Assembly: GCA_963693365.1 (NCBI GenBank)
Contig: CAVNZM010000014.1
Span: forward strand, 3,100,001-3,164,000
Origin: Amoebidium appalachense
Taxonomy: Eukaryota; Protista; Ichthyosporea
Direction of reading: 5' to 3'
Length of the DNA: 64,000 nt
The notes beneath the pieces are model-generated. The model saw nothing but the letters and a program-made list of their open reading frames with translations. It searched no databases and was not told the origin of the DNA. Positions 14,123 through 28,760 of this stretch are shown here, piece after piece. Numbering within the stretch: the first letter of the stretch is position 1; each line of letters opens with the position of its first letter. Both the position numbers and the translations under genes were made by a program.

Positions 14123-15217
14123 GCCTCTCTCTCTTTCTCTCCCCCCTCCCCCCTCTCTCTCTCCCCCCCCCCCCCCCCTCTCTCTCTCTGCCAGTCTCTC
14201 TCTCTATATACAGTACTACAGTACATCCCCCCACCTTCTCCCCTCTCCCCCTCTCTTGCTCGATTCGAGACTCCCCCCCCCCCCCCCCCCCCCCCCCCCT
14301 CCCTCTCCTCCCCTTCCCTCCCCTCTCTATTTCCTCCCTTCCCCTTCTTGTTTTTGTTTTATTATCCCGTTTTACCTCTTTGAGGCTACCGTCTTCCACT
14401 TGGTTCTGCCTATGCCCTCATGATCAGGTAGGATTCTATACCTACATTAGAATCCTGATGTACCTATGCACGTTCCTACCTATAACCTTCCCCACCCCCC
14501 GTCACTACCTTCCATTCCCCCTTCTTGCACCCCCAGGTAAAAAAAGGAGGGAAAGAAAGGGTGAAAAGAAGCTCTGTTGTTGAACAAGCAGCCCCGCTCT
14601 GTTCCTTCATAAGAAGACGGGTGAGCTTTCGAATGTCAATCTCCGTCTCCCTCCCGGAGTTCTCCTCCTCACTATTCAAAATTCGCGGATTCCATGCTAC
14701 CCTAGCCCATCCCTTCCTTGGATGTTTATTAAATACGATACAGGCACACATTCACTGTTGCACGTACAGTTACAAGGCACAAAAACACACAAAAGCACAC
14801 ACTCAGAACCCCGTTGCACTTTAAGCACTCTTACAGATACATGAATTTTCACAACCAGAACCGGTACAGTTGCTCCTATTTACGAACACATATGCATTCA
14901 AACCGTTGACGTGGTCAGGTGTAGTGTGACCAACAAACAGTCCCTATTTTTTATATATGTAGCCCGAAACAAAGAGTAGGGTAATCATTGATCATATGCT
15001 CGTTTGTACTTTTATTTTTCGTTGTAGCAGCATGTGTTCTATTTACCCTTGCGGTATACGTAATACAAATATGTTCATCATCATCATAGGCTAAGTGAAT
15101 TTCTATACTCTACAGATGTCCAATGTTACAGTCATTAATTCGTGCATTGTAAGTACTATCATACAGTATTGTGTATACACCAGTTCAGTCTCTATAAATT
15201 CTCTCAAACCTAAATCC

Positions 15218-16467
15218 CTAGTTTCGTAGCACAATGCCAAAGTTCTCAGCCAATGCCCTTCTCCACTCCTCATCCCCCTCAATCTTTGTCTTCACCACCT
15301 CCCCATTTGTTGTGACGGTCAGATGCTTTGACGTCAGAGTGACCACACCTGTTTCCGTGACGCGGGAAACAAGCGTAAATTGTGTGAACCACGTCATGTT
15401 GGTGTTCTGAATGAGCATGCCACCCATGTGGAATGCACTGGACAGCAAGTCAAAATCACCGTTAGGATAGAATCTGTACCACGTGAGAAACCCCTTTTCT
15501 GCGAGCTCCTTCTGTGTGTACCGTGCACCGTCTGTCCTTGGCTGCAACAGTTCAAACGTTAACTCAGGGGTGGTGTCGTTTAAGTTTGCATTCCCGTCTT
15601 CGGTGACTCGGTCGATGGGGCCCGGGCGATGCATGAGCACGTGAGAGAACATGGCATCCGGCCGCTCGAAAATATTTACGTTTTCGGCTACAGTGTATTG
15701 TGTCTGGCGGTGGTCCGTAGCAACTGAGCCGGCGTGCAAAGGGACGGGCTCACGCACAGGCTGGCCAGCCCCACAGTCTACGAGGTATTCGGCGCCATCA
15801 CTGAGTGTGACGATGGGCACAAAGTGTGTGGCAAATGGAGCATAGGCGCCGAACTTGGTGAACACCTGCCCAAGTGTGACGCGGACACTGTATCCCAGTG
15901 AGCGGAGGAGTGCGGTGAATGCGAGGGTGATCTCGAAACACACACCACCACGGCGTTGGTTTGCGATCTTGTCGACTGCTGCTTCAATGGTTTCGGCCAT
16001 GCGCTTCTTGGGGATTTTCCTGCGTTTATGAAAGTCATTACACATGTTAGTTTGTGCTGAGGTTCATTTGCAGAGCACCAATACGAATTCAACGCATGCA
16101 CTGCAATTCGAATCACAATATCCCAGGGCCGCAATCATTCTTCTACATATGTACTGCATACAAAACAGGCAAACACATTTTAGGATACCTACGGGTACTC
16201 CTTGCCTGCTGCGGCATGCTTGTGCATGTCCAGGTTCTCAAAGGGCACGGCCAGCAGGTGGCGCTGCTGGATGACCCTCAGCCACAAGAGGGTGGGCCCG
16301 TCGGCCAGCATTGCCGCAATGTCCTGGGCGGTGAAGCCGAGGCGCTGCAGGTACTGCCTCTGCTGGGTGGCGCTCAGAGAGGCTTTGCGCAATTTCTTTT
16401 GCTGCTTGGAGAAGGGCTTGGCCTTCTTCATGAGCTGCATCTCGACTTTAAAAAGAAGTGACGGCAT
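15218..16467 (-). CDS. NAT: Arylamine N-acetyltransferase (copy 1)
   Basis: Exons 16467-16193 and 16019-15218 (GT-AG). Motifs YLQRLG, HLLAVPFENLDMH, RRGGVCFE (catalytic Cys), THF (His) and YLVDCGAG (Asp). Confidence 0.92.
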
Positions 16468-17140
16468 TTTGGATCGTTACAGAAACTGGATTTTTGTCGA
16501 GTTGAAAAGTTGGAAGTGGATATCGATGGTGCAAATGCTTGGAGGCTGAAATTCACGACTATAAAAAACTGATGGAAATGCCCCAGAAAACTAATTATAT
16601 ATACGTGATCTTCTATTTCATTGGTTAGCCAATCATATCAACGTCGTTATATGTACTGTGATAATTCACCAATAAAATGCGTCAGGATAGGTAAATACAC
16701 GGCGAATTCCTATTGGCTCTTGATCTAGTCACTAGATCCGACGTCGCTCGGCGTCGCGTGTAACAACGCCTGTTGGCGGACAGCCTAAGTTTTGTGGTTC
16801 TCTATATCAAAGTGTCAAACTACTGGAAAACCAATCATCATTTCTAGAAGGGCCATTTACTGTGCATTTGCTGTGCGTGCACAAAGGAGTCACCCTCACA
16901 GCCCTAGCTAATTACATCTTTATTAGATACCATACCAACCATACCATGCACGATGGCATGGTGGCACCTCCACAGTCCACCCACAGAATCTGAAACGTTA
17001 CGACGACCGTCTTTAAAAAGAAACGCATAAACGCACCGACACATGGCATGCATACAGAAACGAAACCTCAAACACAGGCATGCCACATACATGTTTGTCT
17101 GAAGGCACAATAATAATGGAGAGGGAGAGGGGGGAGATAG

Positions 17141-17247
<107 letters not shown>

Positions 17248-17524
17248 AGAGAGGGGGGGGGGGGGGGGGGGGGGGGAGAGGGGGGGGGGGGGGGGGGGGG
17301 GGGAGAGAGAGAGAGAGAGAGAGAGAGGAAGAGTGAGTGTGTGTGTGTGTCCGTGTGCGCACATGTACATGTGCCTGTGTGCCTGTTTTTGTGTGCATAC
17401 ATGTGTGTGTGTGTGTGTGCGTGCACCGTGGGGCGCGCGTGCGCGCGGTGTGTGTTGTTTGTGTGCGTGTGTGTGTGTGTGTGCGTGTGTGTGTGTGTCT
17501 GTGTGTGTCTGTGTGTGTGTGTGT

Positions 17525-17564
<40 letters not shown>

Positions 17565-17817
17565 GCATGCGCGCGCCTGCACGTATGTGTGTGTGTCTGT
17601 ACATAATGTTTTAAGTGTTGTTTTTATGAGTTTGTGTACAGTGGTGTGTGCCCCTTGCTGCCTGATGCAAACGTACTGTGTATATCGGTTTATGTGTGCC
17701 CGTCCAATTGCAATGGCCTGTGTTGCTGTGTAAGGTGATGCCGCCGACTCCGGGAGCCCGGGCCTCAGGCGGAAAGGGATGGGGGTGACCCGGGGGGGGG
17801 GGGGGGGGGGGGGGAGA

Positions 17818-17849
<32 letters not shown>

Positions 17850-18302
17850 TCCGTGGGGGGCCGGGGGAGGAGGATGAACGGGAAGGGAAACCACTGTGCA
17901 TTTCTATGCCATTCGGATTCTTATTGTATGGTTGATACATTAGAACGTGAGGTTGAGCCCCTTACCCCCTGCAAGAATAAAGAGGTTTTGTGATTACTGA
18001 ACTGAATACTTGAAGGGAGCCCCCTTGCCTATAGTAGAGGTGCCGTTGTAGGTTTCGGAGAGATGCATAGCCGATTAAGAATGTAACAGATATGTGTCTT
18101 CTATCATTGTAGGTGGGGTGCCGGCTGGGATGTTACTGGACGGATAAATGCTGCAAATAGTGTTCGGTATTACTTCCCCCCCCCCCCTCCCCCCTTTCTG
18201 CATCCGTTTTACCCCCATTCCCCCTTCGCCCTCCCCTCATCCCCCCTTCACACCCACCCTCAACTCCTCCCCCTTCCCCCTCTGCCAGTCTGCCCTCCCC
18301 CC

Positions 18303-18337
<35 letters not shown>

Positions 18338-18969
18338 CCTTCCCCTCCTCCCCCTTCCCCATCTTATAGAGTCCCTCTCCATCTCTCTCTTTTCTCTCTC
18401 CCCCCCCCCCTCCCCCCCCACCCCCTCCACCTCCTTCCCCAACCGCCCCCCCCCCCCCCCCCCCCCCCCCCAATCCCCCTTTTCTCATTTTTTCACTAGA
18501 CACAATTCAGAGTTAGAACACACCCGCGCATTTTCCGTGCCTGATATTGCAACAAGTATATTTAGACTTCGCCTTATGTGTTTCCACTTCGCACGGAGCA
18601 GTGGTGGGATTCAATCTGACTGTACATACACACCTTTCTGATTAGGTCGGGTTTTATGCCACTTGGGTTTTGTTGTACGAACCTTTATGTCTGACAGCCA
18701 CAAGAACCTATGTACATGATAGTATCGACATATAGCACAGTGATTACATCATGGATAAATTGCTGTATGGACATATAGATGGCACGTTGCCAAAACATCG
18801 ATAGTTATCACATCACGACTATACATACTTTTAACAAAACGTTGTGTCCCCAAACACAATTTAGTCGCACCACTCTGACCCGTCCCACACTATCTGGAAC
18901 ACATTCAGCTTAAAAAAAAAAATCCTCCTCAAGCACGTATCAATAGGGAGAGAGCAGGGAGAGAGAGAT

Positions 18970-19007
<38 letters not shown>

Positions 19008-19819
19008 GAAAGAGAAAGAGGGAGGAAAGAAGGATGGGGCGAAAACAATGCAACCATGTGAAGCAGGGTATGAATGTCGGGGGATTTAACGGCAATTCCT
19101 AGCAAAACCAAAAAAAAAAACAAAGGAATTTAGATTATGTTTGTAACTCCACAATGATGATGGACAAAAAGATTTGTTGGTTTTGCCCGCACAATTTGAA
19201 ACACATACACACGTGATGCAAGAACAAAACCTTACACGCACACCAGCGCCGTTTTGTGGCACATGCGTGTCATCCTCCACATAGGTCTAAGAACACGCAC
19301 ACACACACACGTACACACACACACACACACGTGTACACACGGGAAGGCCCAAACAAACTTGTACCAGACCACAAAGCAAATGTCTACCCAAATTGACGAA
19401 ACTAAGGAGGGGTATGAAATGGTGTAGCCTAAGCTGCACAAAAAGAAAGAAAGAAAGGAAAAGTTGAAAGAGGTAGAGTGCAAGGTGGACTTCACGATAC
19501 CAGGATCCGGAAAAAAGAAAAAATGCCAGCTAACCACCCATGAGATCAGAGGGCAGAAAGGCCTGAAATGAGAGAGGATTGGGCGAAACTTTAAAAACTC
19601 CACAACACCAGGGGGGAAAGTTCAACAAGTCACCATGAGACGATAAGAGCCTAAAAACAACGTTTTACCTTGTCTTGAAGCAACACCACACTGAAGTATA
19701 CGAATTACCTGCTTTCAGGCTCCCAAGCTGTCTGCTGTCGATCCCATCATAAAGTTTTGGGCAATCATTAATACGGCGCAAAAAGGGAGCGCCATTCGTT
19801 CACAATGAAAGGTTAAACA

Positions 19820-20443
19820 TCAAGCAACATCCAAACCAACATTCGCCTTATTTGCGCAGCACCGTGTGTGTGAGCACTTGACCAACTCGTCGAAAACCTC
19901 GTGGTCGCTCGTGTGCGCGCAAATCAACCCCTTTACGACGCCCCTTTCCCCACATGTGTTCCCCTCGTTTTCCTTGTCCCAGCAGTCACAATTCCATATG
20001 TAGTTACCAGTCATGTTCCTAAACTGGCTGCAGTCTACGACACTTGGTAATGCAGTGGGTGAACTTAACCACGAATCGTCGTAATTTTCCTCCACCACCA
20101 CCCCTTCTTCGTCCTCTTCATCCGAATCCTCCCCCTCGTCCTCCCCCTCCTCCGGGTCCACAAAACCACCGCTGTTGTTGTTTAACCCTTCAACAGCGTC
20201 TTCATGTTCTTCGTCGTCATCATCATAAAAGTCTTGCTCTAAGGTGCAACATTTAGCTACAGAGCATGCATTTGTGTTTGTTTTGGAGACGTTTGGTAGA
20301 CACACGGTCCTGTCGCTGATTTTGCAGTCACGCACGCCTGCTTCTTCTACCCATGTTTTGCACAGGATTGCGCTCTCAGGCCTGGCTGCGATAAGGGCAG
20401 CGCAAGCAAACAATACGGCTAGTGTTGAAGGGATAGATATCAT
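19820..20443 (-). CDS. Intronless secreted cysteine-rich protein B (paralog of A)
   Basis: ATG at 20443 gives signal peptide MISIPSTLAVLFACAALIAA|RP. Cys spacing matches A, e.g. VDC..F.NM.GN.IW.C.CW...GNTC...LIC...VF.EL..CS...CC; D/E-rich linker. Confidence 0.8.
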   Translation of the reverse strand: MISIPSTLAVLFACAALIAARPESAILCKTWVEEAGVRDCKISDRTVCLPNVSKTNTNACSVAKCCTLEQDFYDDDDEEHEDAVEGLNNNSGGFVDPEEGEDEGEDSDEEDEEGVVVEENYDDSWLSSPTALPSVVDCSQFRNMTGNYIWNCDCWDKENEGNTCGERGVVKGLICAHTSDHEVFDELVKCSHTRCCANKANVGLDVA

Positions 20444-21739
20444 GTTATTTTGCTTATTCTCAACGACGGAAAGGGAAGGAAACACTGATTCACAACACAA
20501 GGCGGGTGTGTATGCGTCTGTGTGCGTGCCCACCGTCTTGTGAACGTTCTTTGTGTGTGCAGGCGATTTATGGACGGCTTATAGCAAAAGGATCGCGCTT
20601 TTACCAGTTTTATGTGGTGACCAGATTTGATTGGTTTCCCTGACTTTGAAAGCTTCCCCCTTGACTATCATGATTTGGTTAAGCAAAGTGGGGCTTGATA
20701 CTCCCTCCCTTCAACTTTTCAACAACATCACAATTTTTTTTCTAATCTAGTATGTATTCAATATTGAATTGCTCATGACTCTTTCAAGCTTCAATGTGAC
20801 CGGCTGATAAAAAAGCTACAACTAGCAAACATAAAACTTAAGCTTTTACACAGGTTTTCCTGAGAGGGTAGCCTGCGTCTGCAGGTCGGTGCAACTTATT
20901 CTTCAACTTGACCTTCACTGACTTCTGACTTGACTCTCCCACACCATACTACAGAATGAAATTGTTTTCATCGCCGCTGGTGCCACTTTTGTGCTGAACT
21001 TTTTTAATCGCAAGCATGTTGATAGGTGTGAGTTTTTATGTCGCGTTTTACCTCTTTCCCTACGGGTGTCTGCTACACTAGCTGGCAATGTGAACACTTT
21101 AGTTTTTTTGTTGAATTCTGTTGGTCGTCACATTGAGTATTTATATGATTTTCACACAGTGTTTAGGTATCTCAGTATGCACTTGTTACTGGATAATTCG
21201 TGAAGTTTATTTTATTGTCTTTTCAGTATGCCGTGCATACTTGCATATCTTTCCGTCGAATAAATCCAGTCAAAAGAAAAAAATTCTTATATGAGCACAT
21301 CAATAAAGTCATTATAAAAAAATGAAAAAAGAAAAAAACAATTCTTACATTCAAAGGCTTTTTATCCCCCTCGTTGTGAGTCTACAGTGTACATTGCTCA
21401 ACCATGAGATCACGAAGCTATGTGAAAGACGCAAAGCGTGTCGCCCCATTCATCGCGACGTCAATGGAGCAGCCTGCTTATATAAACTCTTTCCTTTTTT
21501 AAAGAAGCATATATATTGTTCCGTCTGGTACAACGCAATCCAAGCAAAATACTAAAAACGGCTACATAAAGCACAGTTTAGCTGTGCGAATCTCAAACCG
21601 ATCGCGAAATTATTTTTTCAAGCCATTATGGACAGGTGATTGGATTCCTTATTTCTTACAGCTTTCTGATTGGCTTACTCGGTATTTACCCTCCTCTCGG
21701 AAGTGATTCCCCTCCCCCGCAAATAGCCACATTAATGAA

Positions 21740-24118
21740 CTAGTAAATACAGGTACCCCCCGCCCCGTTGGGGCGGGGCCTGCATGGGACATGTGCACAG
21801 AATTTGAAGCGGAAGAGAAGAGAATAAATCCAGTCAAAAGAAAGAGAAGAGAATATAGAGTGTATTTGATGAAAAATTTATAGGCACAAGATATATCATA
21901 ACATGGCAACACTGTTGCCTGGTGGAGCTTTATTTTTGTTTGTAGGGTTTTATAGAAACTAAAATATGACGCAATGTAGCCTGCACACTTTCACTGACAG
22001 GCGCAGAAATTAATATACAGGATCCGGAACTTCTTTATATATATGGATATATTGTCTACTTCTCACCCAGTCCAGTCTTTCATCTTCTGCTCGTGAAAAT
22101 TGGTCACAGGCCCATTCAGACATCAACCTGCCAACATTGTGGAAGTGGGTAGTGTGCAGTAGTCGTCTTGCTGCTTTTGTGACTGACACCTAGTGCATGC
22201 AGGAAGACACGTAATATTGAGGCTCCAACCTGGTGTGCCTTGCAAAAACAGTAAAGGATATTGCAGTGGTTCACATAGCTCATTTAGGTAGTGAACTTGC
22301 TCGGGACGTTGGTTTGAGAATCGGTGGAACCATATTACGTGTCTTCCTGCATGCACTGGGTCCATATCATATAAGGCTGCAATCTCGGGAGCCTGGGGTG
22401 TAGCAGTTCTTCTGTTATTGCTTTGAAAGGCTACGTGAAAGTTTTCTTGGTCTGGGTAGGCTTGGCTTAGTCAGCGGAACTCAGATGCTATAGGGTTGCA
22501 CGGGTACAGAGCACTTTCGAGGAGTGAATTCATGAAAGCTGATGACAGAGATCAGTGCAGCAGCAACTGCTGCGCGTATACCTTCATAGATATAGTACCT
22601 TATATTGGAAAGACTGGTAGTTGAATCGTGCACCCTGTGGTATGACCTGCCGCATACCTTGACAAATGAAGGAGCTGCCTGTGTAACGGTTCTCTGAGAC
22701 CAGCCCATGGCTGTGAATGCAAACATGTTGTTATATTCTCTTGCCTTTTTGGTGAAAGCAGGTGTGTTGTATAGTTGTGTTAGCTGTAAAGGGAGAGGGG
22801 GGAGTGTTGGGATCACCCATTTTCCGTTTCCACAACAGAAAGAGGATTTCTCCTCTTTTAATAGGCGTGAGGTGCAAAAACTACAGACGTTCTGTTGTGA
22901 CAGTGCAACGTTTTCCAGTTTCCATTCGCTGATGTGTGCAAAAACATCTGCAGGCTCTTGCAACTTGTATAAGTTGTATCCTGTGTGTGTCTCTTCATAC
23001 AGGATATCCAGTGTTCTGGTGTGGTTTGGCTGGAGTACTAAGTGGCGGGGTTTTAGGCGGTTCATAAAGGGTGTCCAGATCCTTAAGTTGGTTTGTGTCA
23101 TGGAGCAGAGTGCATCAAATAAACCAACAGAAAAGTCCTGGGCATCAAATAAACCAACAGAAAAGTCCTGGTCAACCTCTTTTACTTCACCATCAACTGA
23201 ACTGAACGTATAGGAGGCAGACACTTTATGCACATATTCGCTTGTCATTAAAAACTCAAACAAAAAGGCACGCAGCAGGTCTGGCTTTTTAATGGCTTGC
23301 AGAAGACTTGCACGACCAGATTCAATTAAGGCAATTTGGTGTTGTAGGTGTGTGCCGAGTGGGTGTGCAAGTGTAAAGGCCTGACGCAAAGCCATTGTGA
23401 TGTCTGGTTTTTGTGCATAGTGGTGAGAGACGTCGACGCCATATGTGTTGGTGTATGACTCGTGTATGTCTTAAGCAGTGTCAAGTGCACAGGCAGAGCA
23501 TTTCTGGAGTGTGTGTGCGTGAAAATCAAGTTCCTCATTTTGTGCAAATGCTGCAATGTGTCCAAGTTTCCCACTTCCAAAGGCTTCATACATTTCAATT
23601 CCCGCAAGGTGCATTAGAGGGCCGACAAGCGCAGGGTCGTCAAGGGAACGCCACAGCATGTACATGCACTCAACGTTATCATAACCTACAACTGTGAACA
23701 GGGAAACGGTTTGTTGGGAGTTGACATGTGATAAAAGAGACGGAAACGTGTAATTTGTAAAGAAAGTAGACACTGTGCGTGGCACATCAGTCTTGTAAAT
23801 ATTCACGTCGTACTCCAGGTACGCGGAGAGTGGCGGCGTCTGCGCCATGATTGCGGCTAGAAGAAGCCACAACACAGCAACGTTGGCCACTGCAGACCTT
23901 GAAAAGGAGTTTTGTACTACCACACTGCTCTGCACAGTACTGCAACTTCTGTCTAGTGAAAACTGACGGCATTGACCAGTGCAGCGCCGTTTTATATGAC
24001 TTTATCGGTAAATCTAGTGACCAAAATTTGGAAATTGCAGAAATGCGGACGTAAACCCTCAGAGCTTGTGTTGATTGTGCACGGCCCGCCTTACAAAAAA
24101 TAAATAAGTACAGCTAGA
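21740..24118 (-). mobile_element. Internally deleted, decayed Helitron
   Basis: 3' end: hairpin CCCCGCCCC-aac-GGGGCGGGG (21758-21778), then CTAG|T at 21740. RepHel N-terminal motifs FCCGNGK..LPPLP..REYNNMFAFTAMG..KVCGRSYH, EIAALY, EPLQYPLLFLQGTPGW and GRLMSEWACDQFSRAEDERLDWVR are spread over frameshifted/stop-interrupted frames. The 5' A|TC end at 24118 is tentative. Confidence 0.85.
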
Positions 24119-24844
24119 TAACTTTTCAAAACCTTGCTACTGAGTCGTGTGCTTTACCGATGTATGCGCATGCAAGCGGCTGCGGCACACGGACCCCATG
24201 GAGCCATGGATGGCTGCGTGCGCCGCTCATGCATATGCGACCTGGGTCCGTGAGCGTGCGTTCGGCGCATGATCCGCTAATTTTGTCCTACGGAGACAGT
24301 TCTGAATTAGATAACTTATACCCCTTTTCGAAGTGTGACTAAAGAACTTCAGATATGGTTTTTAGATATTTTAAAGAAGAAAGTGCGCGAGGAGGCGCAC
24401 CACGTACGATCTTAGAGAATGCATACCGATACACATTTTTCTACAACCTAGATCATACAATTTCAAAACTTTATCGACGCGACAACTTTATTACGTGATA
24501 CACACTGATACTGACACGGCATGTGAGTTATAATACTGGGATATACAAATATATCCAAAATACGAACTTCTTCCTAAGTACTTGGGGGCGCTCTATAGTA
24601 TTAGTATTGATGTGTATGCACGAATCGGTTGTGCACGATACAATTTTTTGTCTGCTATAAACCCAACAGCTTCTTTTCATACACCGTCGTTTTTGGTTTA
24701 GACATGTAACCGTGATCCTGAATATTTCATAGACATATGACGGTTTTACAGTTTTTATAATATGCACACACAACCTCCGGATCCACACAACACACACACA
24801 CAGACACACACACACACACATACACAACCTAAACAATGCACATC

Positions 24845-24883
<39 letters not shown>

Positions 24884-24930
24884 CCCCCTCCCCCTCCCCC
24901 ACTCTCTCTCTCTCGCTCTCCCTCTCCCTT

Positions 24931-24970
<40 letters not shown>

Positions 24971-25265
24971 CCCCCCCCCCCCCCCCCCCCTGTCTCTCTC
25001 TCGCTCTTGTTCTCCCATCTTTTTCGCTCTTGCTCTCTCTCTCTCTCTCTCCCCCTCCCCCCCCCCCCTCCCCCCCCTCTCTCTCTTCCATCCCACCCCC
25101 CACCCCCACTCCTCCTCTCTCTTACTACCCCTTTCTCCCCCTCCCCCTCCCCCCCCCTCTCTCTCGTTTTCGCTCTCCATTTCTCTGTCTCTCTCAAATG
25201 TCTCTCACTCCCTCTCTCTCTTGCTCGCGTTCTCTCTCTCTCTCTGTCTCTCTCCCCCTTCTCTC

Positions 25266-25371
<106 letters not shown>

Positions 25372-25951
25372 CCCCCCCCCCCCCCCTCCCCCCCACACAC
25401 ACACCCCTCTCTCTGTGTGTCTCAGTATTTATAGGCTCGCATGTCTTTGCCTTAGTCATGGCTAGATTTGTGTGGGCTTCATATCTACATGCCTATTCTC
25501 ACTTTCACTCTAGCCCTTTCTCACTGTCTTCATTTTCAACCCTGCGGTATACTGCCATCCGTGCTGCCACACATATTTAGTACACGTACATACATTGCCA
25601 TTTGAGCTTCTCCCTCCCTCCCTCCCTCCCTCCCTCCCTCCCTCCCTCCCTCCCTCCCTCCTTCCCTCCATCTCCGCGCGCGCGCGCGCCACACTGATCA
25701 ACACACGCACGCGCGCACACACCCACACACGCAGACACACATACACATACACATACACATGCACACACACACGTGCACCGAGAGAGAGAGAGAGGGATAG
25801 TACAGAGAGACGCACACACATCATGTGACTCTCACATACATATGTGCACGCGTGCACACACACACACACACGCACACACACACACACCGTGATACACACA
25901 CACAGAAAGAGAAAGAGAGTTCGGAGGAAGAGAGAGAAAGAGAGAGAGAGA

Positions 25952-26008
<57 letters not shown>

Positions 26009-26121
26009 AGAGAGAGAGAGAGAGAGTCACATGCACACAACCGTATCTCCGGTTCGCTCTTAATCCGAGACTTTGCTCTCCATAGGTTTCTCTCTCTCAC
26101 TCCCCCCCCCCCCCCCCTCTC

Positions 26122-26158
<37 letters not shown>

Positions 26159-26281
26159 ACACACACACACCCCCCTCACTCACACAAATGTGTAAGCTCA
26201 AAACACCCACCCACAGACACACACACACACAAACAGACACACACGGACACAGACATAGACACACCAGACACACACACACGA

Positions 26282-26352
<71 letters not shown>

Positions 26353-27205
26353 CCCCCCCCCCCCCTCCCCCCCTCTTTCTCTCTATCCCTCTCTCTCTTG
26401 ATAAATCGCCTATGAGCCACTTATGTTGCTAAAAGTGGCTCATTCAAGTCGAAGTACTGGCTACAATAATTGTGGATTGTTTCAAGCCGAGTCCCCAGGC
26501 CTACAGCGTAGTAATCGTGAGCCGAACATGCTTTCGTGGTATGCCAAATGAGCTACTGAAAATTCCTGTATTTTTTATCTCTGTACCAAGGTGATTGGTA
26601 TAGAATAAACGGTGCTAGTGCTTGCCAACCAACAAGACGTATCGTGGTCTTTTTGCATTCTTCCCGATTTGCCATTGTGTGGATAGTGCTACATAGTGAA
26701 CTCGATGTATAAACAATAGAAATCCTTGAAAATTTGACGCTATCATGCCAACATTATTTTGCTAACGGGTTGCTACTTATTATGCAGGGAGCACATAACC
26801 AAAAAATCGTCTAATAGATCGAGTTTTTCGCTGGCAGCCCTATGTTTGCAGCGCAGTATGATGCAGTTGTTAGGAACAAAGTTTTGGGTTCTTGGTGTCT
26901 GCGTTACTGTTAGGTTGTCAGTGATGTCGCTGTGCAGTTTTGTGCTTTTATGTACCCGGTACGGTACTTGTAAGGATCTAGCGCAACGTGGTCGAAAGAC
27001 AAATGTGGCTCGATCTTGGAGGTGGCTCAGAGCTCTTCCCCCCCCCCCCCCCCCCCTCTGTCTGTCTCCCCCTGTCTCTCTCAAGACCTTTCCCCTTCTC
27101 TCCCTCTCCCCGGGTCCCTATCCCTCTCCTTCTCCCTCTCTTTCTCTCTCTCTCTCTCTCTCTCCCTCCCTCTCTCCCTCCCTCCCTCCCTCCCTCCCTC
27201 CCTCC

Positions 27206-27300
<95 letters not shown>

Positions 27301-28477
27301 CCCCCCCCCCCCCCCCCCCCCCCTCCCTTTCTCCCCCCCCCTCCCCCCTCTCCCCTCCCCCCCCCCCCCCCCCCCCCCCTCTCTCTCTGTGCGCGTGGCC
27401 ATGGGTGCGTGGGGATGCTTCGTGTGGGCTGGTGTATTTATTGATTAAACTTTTGCTTGTATTTCTGTCACGCGTGCCAGGAGGATTATCCCGTCCATAC
27501 GTTCCTTTTTTATTCTTTTTATTTCGTTTTGTCTTCGAAGGAGCCCCCTAGACTAGTGCTAATGGTGCAATCAGCTTATGATAAGTTAGCACAGACGGTA
27601 TTTGGCCCACCACCACCAACAGTGGTGAGATGTCTTCAGCACCTACGTGCAAGTAGTCGATATGAGAAGTAAATATATCAATGTTCAAGCCACAACACTT
27701 TGATATTGAGTTAATGATTCTTTTTTTGCCCCAAGAATCATAAAACTTCAATGACGCCTCATTTGCAGCAGTCCGCCACATCGGATTTTGTTGTGAATCT
27801 AGTGATAAGATAAGGGACCAATAGGAACCGACCGGCTCACCGGCAAGGTCGACCAGTCGGCGCGCGATCGTCATCTGTAGTGCAACCTTGTTGGTAACTT
27901 AGTAAAAGCGTCACGAACTCACGGTACATCCATATGTACATATAATTTAAAACATATACATAAAAATACTGATGCGTATGCACGAACTATGCATTTTTAG
28001 AGGTAAAATTATATTACATGTTGTAGGAGTGCCCTATAGCCCTAGGCATCAGTGGACTGTGGACGGCTGCCAAAATAACCAACCCTGGACTTGGAATGTT
28101 GCTTGGAAGTTGGCCAACCGTTCTCCGACTGTGTTGGCCGCGTCCTATTGGTTACTTATCTTAGGGCCGCCGCTACCGCGAGGCGGCGAGACTCCTTCAT
28201 ATGTACACATAGGATGATGTGTGAATAGAATTTTCATTGTTTGTTTGCTGTTTATATATTCATCTTAAAATTTTCTATTATATAGGAGCATCTGTTGCAT
28301 ATATTTCAAACCAAAAAGGACCGGCGTATACGCACGCATAAGCGCAACTTACATTCATTCAAGCGAACCAATGAAATCAAAGAACCAAGGTATATAATAT
28401 AAACTCAGGCACTTGCACTGCATGAGCTGCACGCATATGCATTCGATTCTGCAAAACACCCAGTCCCACTTTTCAAA

Positions 28478-28589
28478 ATGCCGTCTCTTATTCTTAAAGT
28501 CGAGATGCAGCTTATGAAGAAGGCCAAGCCCTTCATCAAGCAGCAAAAGAAATTGCGCAAAGCCTGTCTGAGCGCCACCCAGCAGAGGC
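28478..28589 (+). pseudogene. Truncated third NAT copy (first ~37 codons)
   Basis: atgccgtctcttattcttaaagtcgagatgcagcttatgaag...cagcagaggc matches the start of NAT exon 1, then runs almost directly into the upstream flank of copy 2. Confidence 0.8.
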
Positions 28590-28619
28590 GGGCGTTGTTA
28601 CACGCGACGCCGAGCGACC

Positions 28620-28760
28620 GGAGCCTTGTCGGATCTAGTGACTAGATCAAGAGCCAATAGGAAACCGCCGTGTGTTTACCTATCCTGACGCATTTTATTG
28701 GTGAATTATCACAGTATATATAACGGCGTTGATATGATTGGCTAACCAATGAAATAGAAG
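28620..28760 (+). promoter_or_regulatory. Putative NAT promoter with palindrome GATCTAGTGACTAGATC and several CCAAT/ATTGG boxes
   Basis: Palindrome near 28632-28648; CCAAT/ATTGG near 28654, 28696, 28737 and 28746; conserved in the other copy (about 16610-16740). Function is inferred. Confidence 0.4.

Noticed and set aside
27548-27874. 108-aa minus-strand ORF
   Set aside because: No recognisable homology or splice structure; left unannotated.
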